Source: a virus
Taxonomy: Duplodnaviria; Caudoviricetes
DNA: 64,000 nt
Reading direction: 5' to 3' (one strand)
IMG/VR virus record: IMGVR_UViG_3300014204_000175
Coordinates: 6,784-70,783 of that record
This document shows, one piece after another, positions 63,914 through 64,000 of this stretch. The notes under the pieces are model-generated. The model saw only the letters and a program-made list of their open reading frames with translations. It had not been told where the DNA came from and did no database searches. Made by a program: the position numbers and the translations under genes. How positions within the stretch are numbered: the first letter of the stretch is position 1; every line of letters begins with the position of its first letter.

Positions 63914-64000
63914 CTTGCTTTTGGAACGATAGTCTCAATTGTGCTCTGCTCTGGTTCCTGGCCTTGTACTGGATCATCAACCTCAGAGATGTCAGCGTTG
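63895..64000 (-). CDS. C-terminal end of a gene entering from the window edge
   Basis: Open frame NADISEVDDPVQGQEPEQSTIETIVPKARWRNTH*. Confidence 0.4.
   Translation of the reverse strand, partial: NADISEVDDPVQGQEPEQSTIETIVPKARWRNTH

Noticed and set aside
1-64000. CRISPR array, integrase, IS element, rRNA or canonical tRNA
   Set aside because: No regularly spaced repeats, recombinase or transposase motifs, or full cloverleaf tRNA were seen; only the truncated tRNA-like element.

Overview
The window is a 64 kb slice of a tailed dsDNA phage genome (or an unintegrated or prophage copy; no integrase is visible). Essentially all genes lie on the minus strand. In transcription order (right to left) it contains: the end of the late operon with a lysis cassette (M15 endolysin, holin, i- and o-spanin, implying a diderm host); small early genes; and a bacterial Pol III-type replisome (SF2 helicase, primase, initiator, DnaB, clamp, DnaE fused to a uracil-DNA glycosylase, DnaX, SSB, RecA, 5'-3' exonuclease, resolvase, split Rad50 plus Mre11, DnaQ). 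TerS and TerL follow, then about 17 kb of accessory genes between TerL and portal, then portal, a 1519-aa MuF protein, scaffold and the start of the major capsid gene. Three systems stand out. (1) A 7.8 kb block inside the replication module encodes three paralogous radical SAM enzymes, a DUF2156-like (aminoacyl-tRNA-dependent GNAT-fold) transferase, an aldo-keto reductase and a methyltransferase-like protein; this is a candidate undescribed DNA base-hypermodification pathway. (2) A near-complete amino/acetamido nucleotide-sugar and glycosyltransferase cluster sits directly upstream of portal, a candidate for virion or DNA glycosylation. (3) The MuF head protein carries an endonuclease-containing intein, a NUDIX domain and a DUF3626-like C-terminal domain, a candidate ejected effector. 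Features missing from the ORF track include an anticodon-less tRNA-like element, a histone H1-like Hc1 gene, several small ORFs, two pseudogenes, four long structured terminator-like elements and a recurring promoter motif. All family calls come from motif recognition by eye, not from database searches. Some start codons were moved from the ORF track using RBS and gene-overlap logic.
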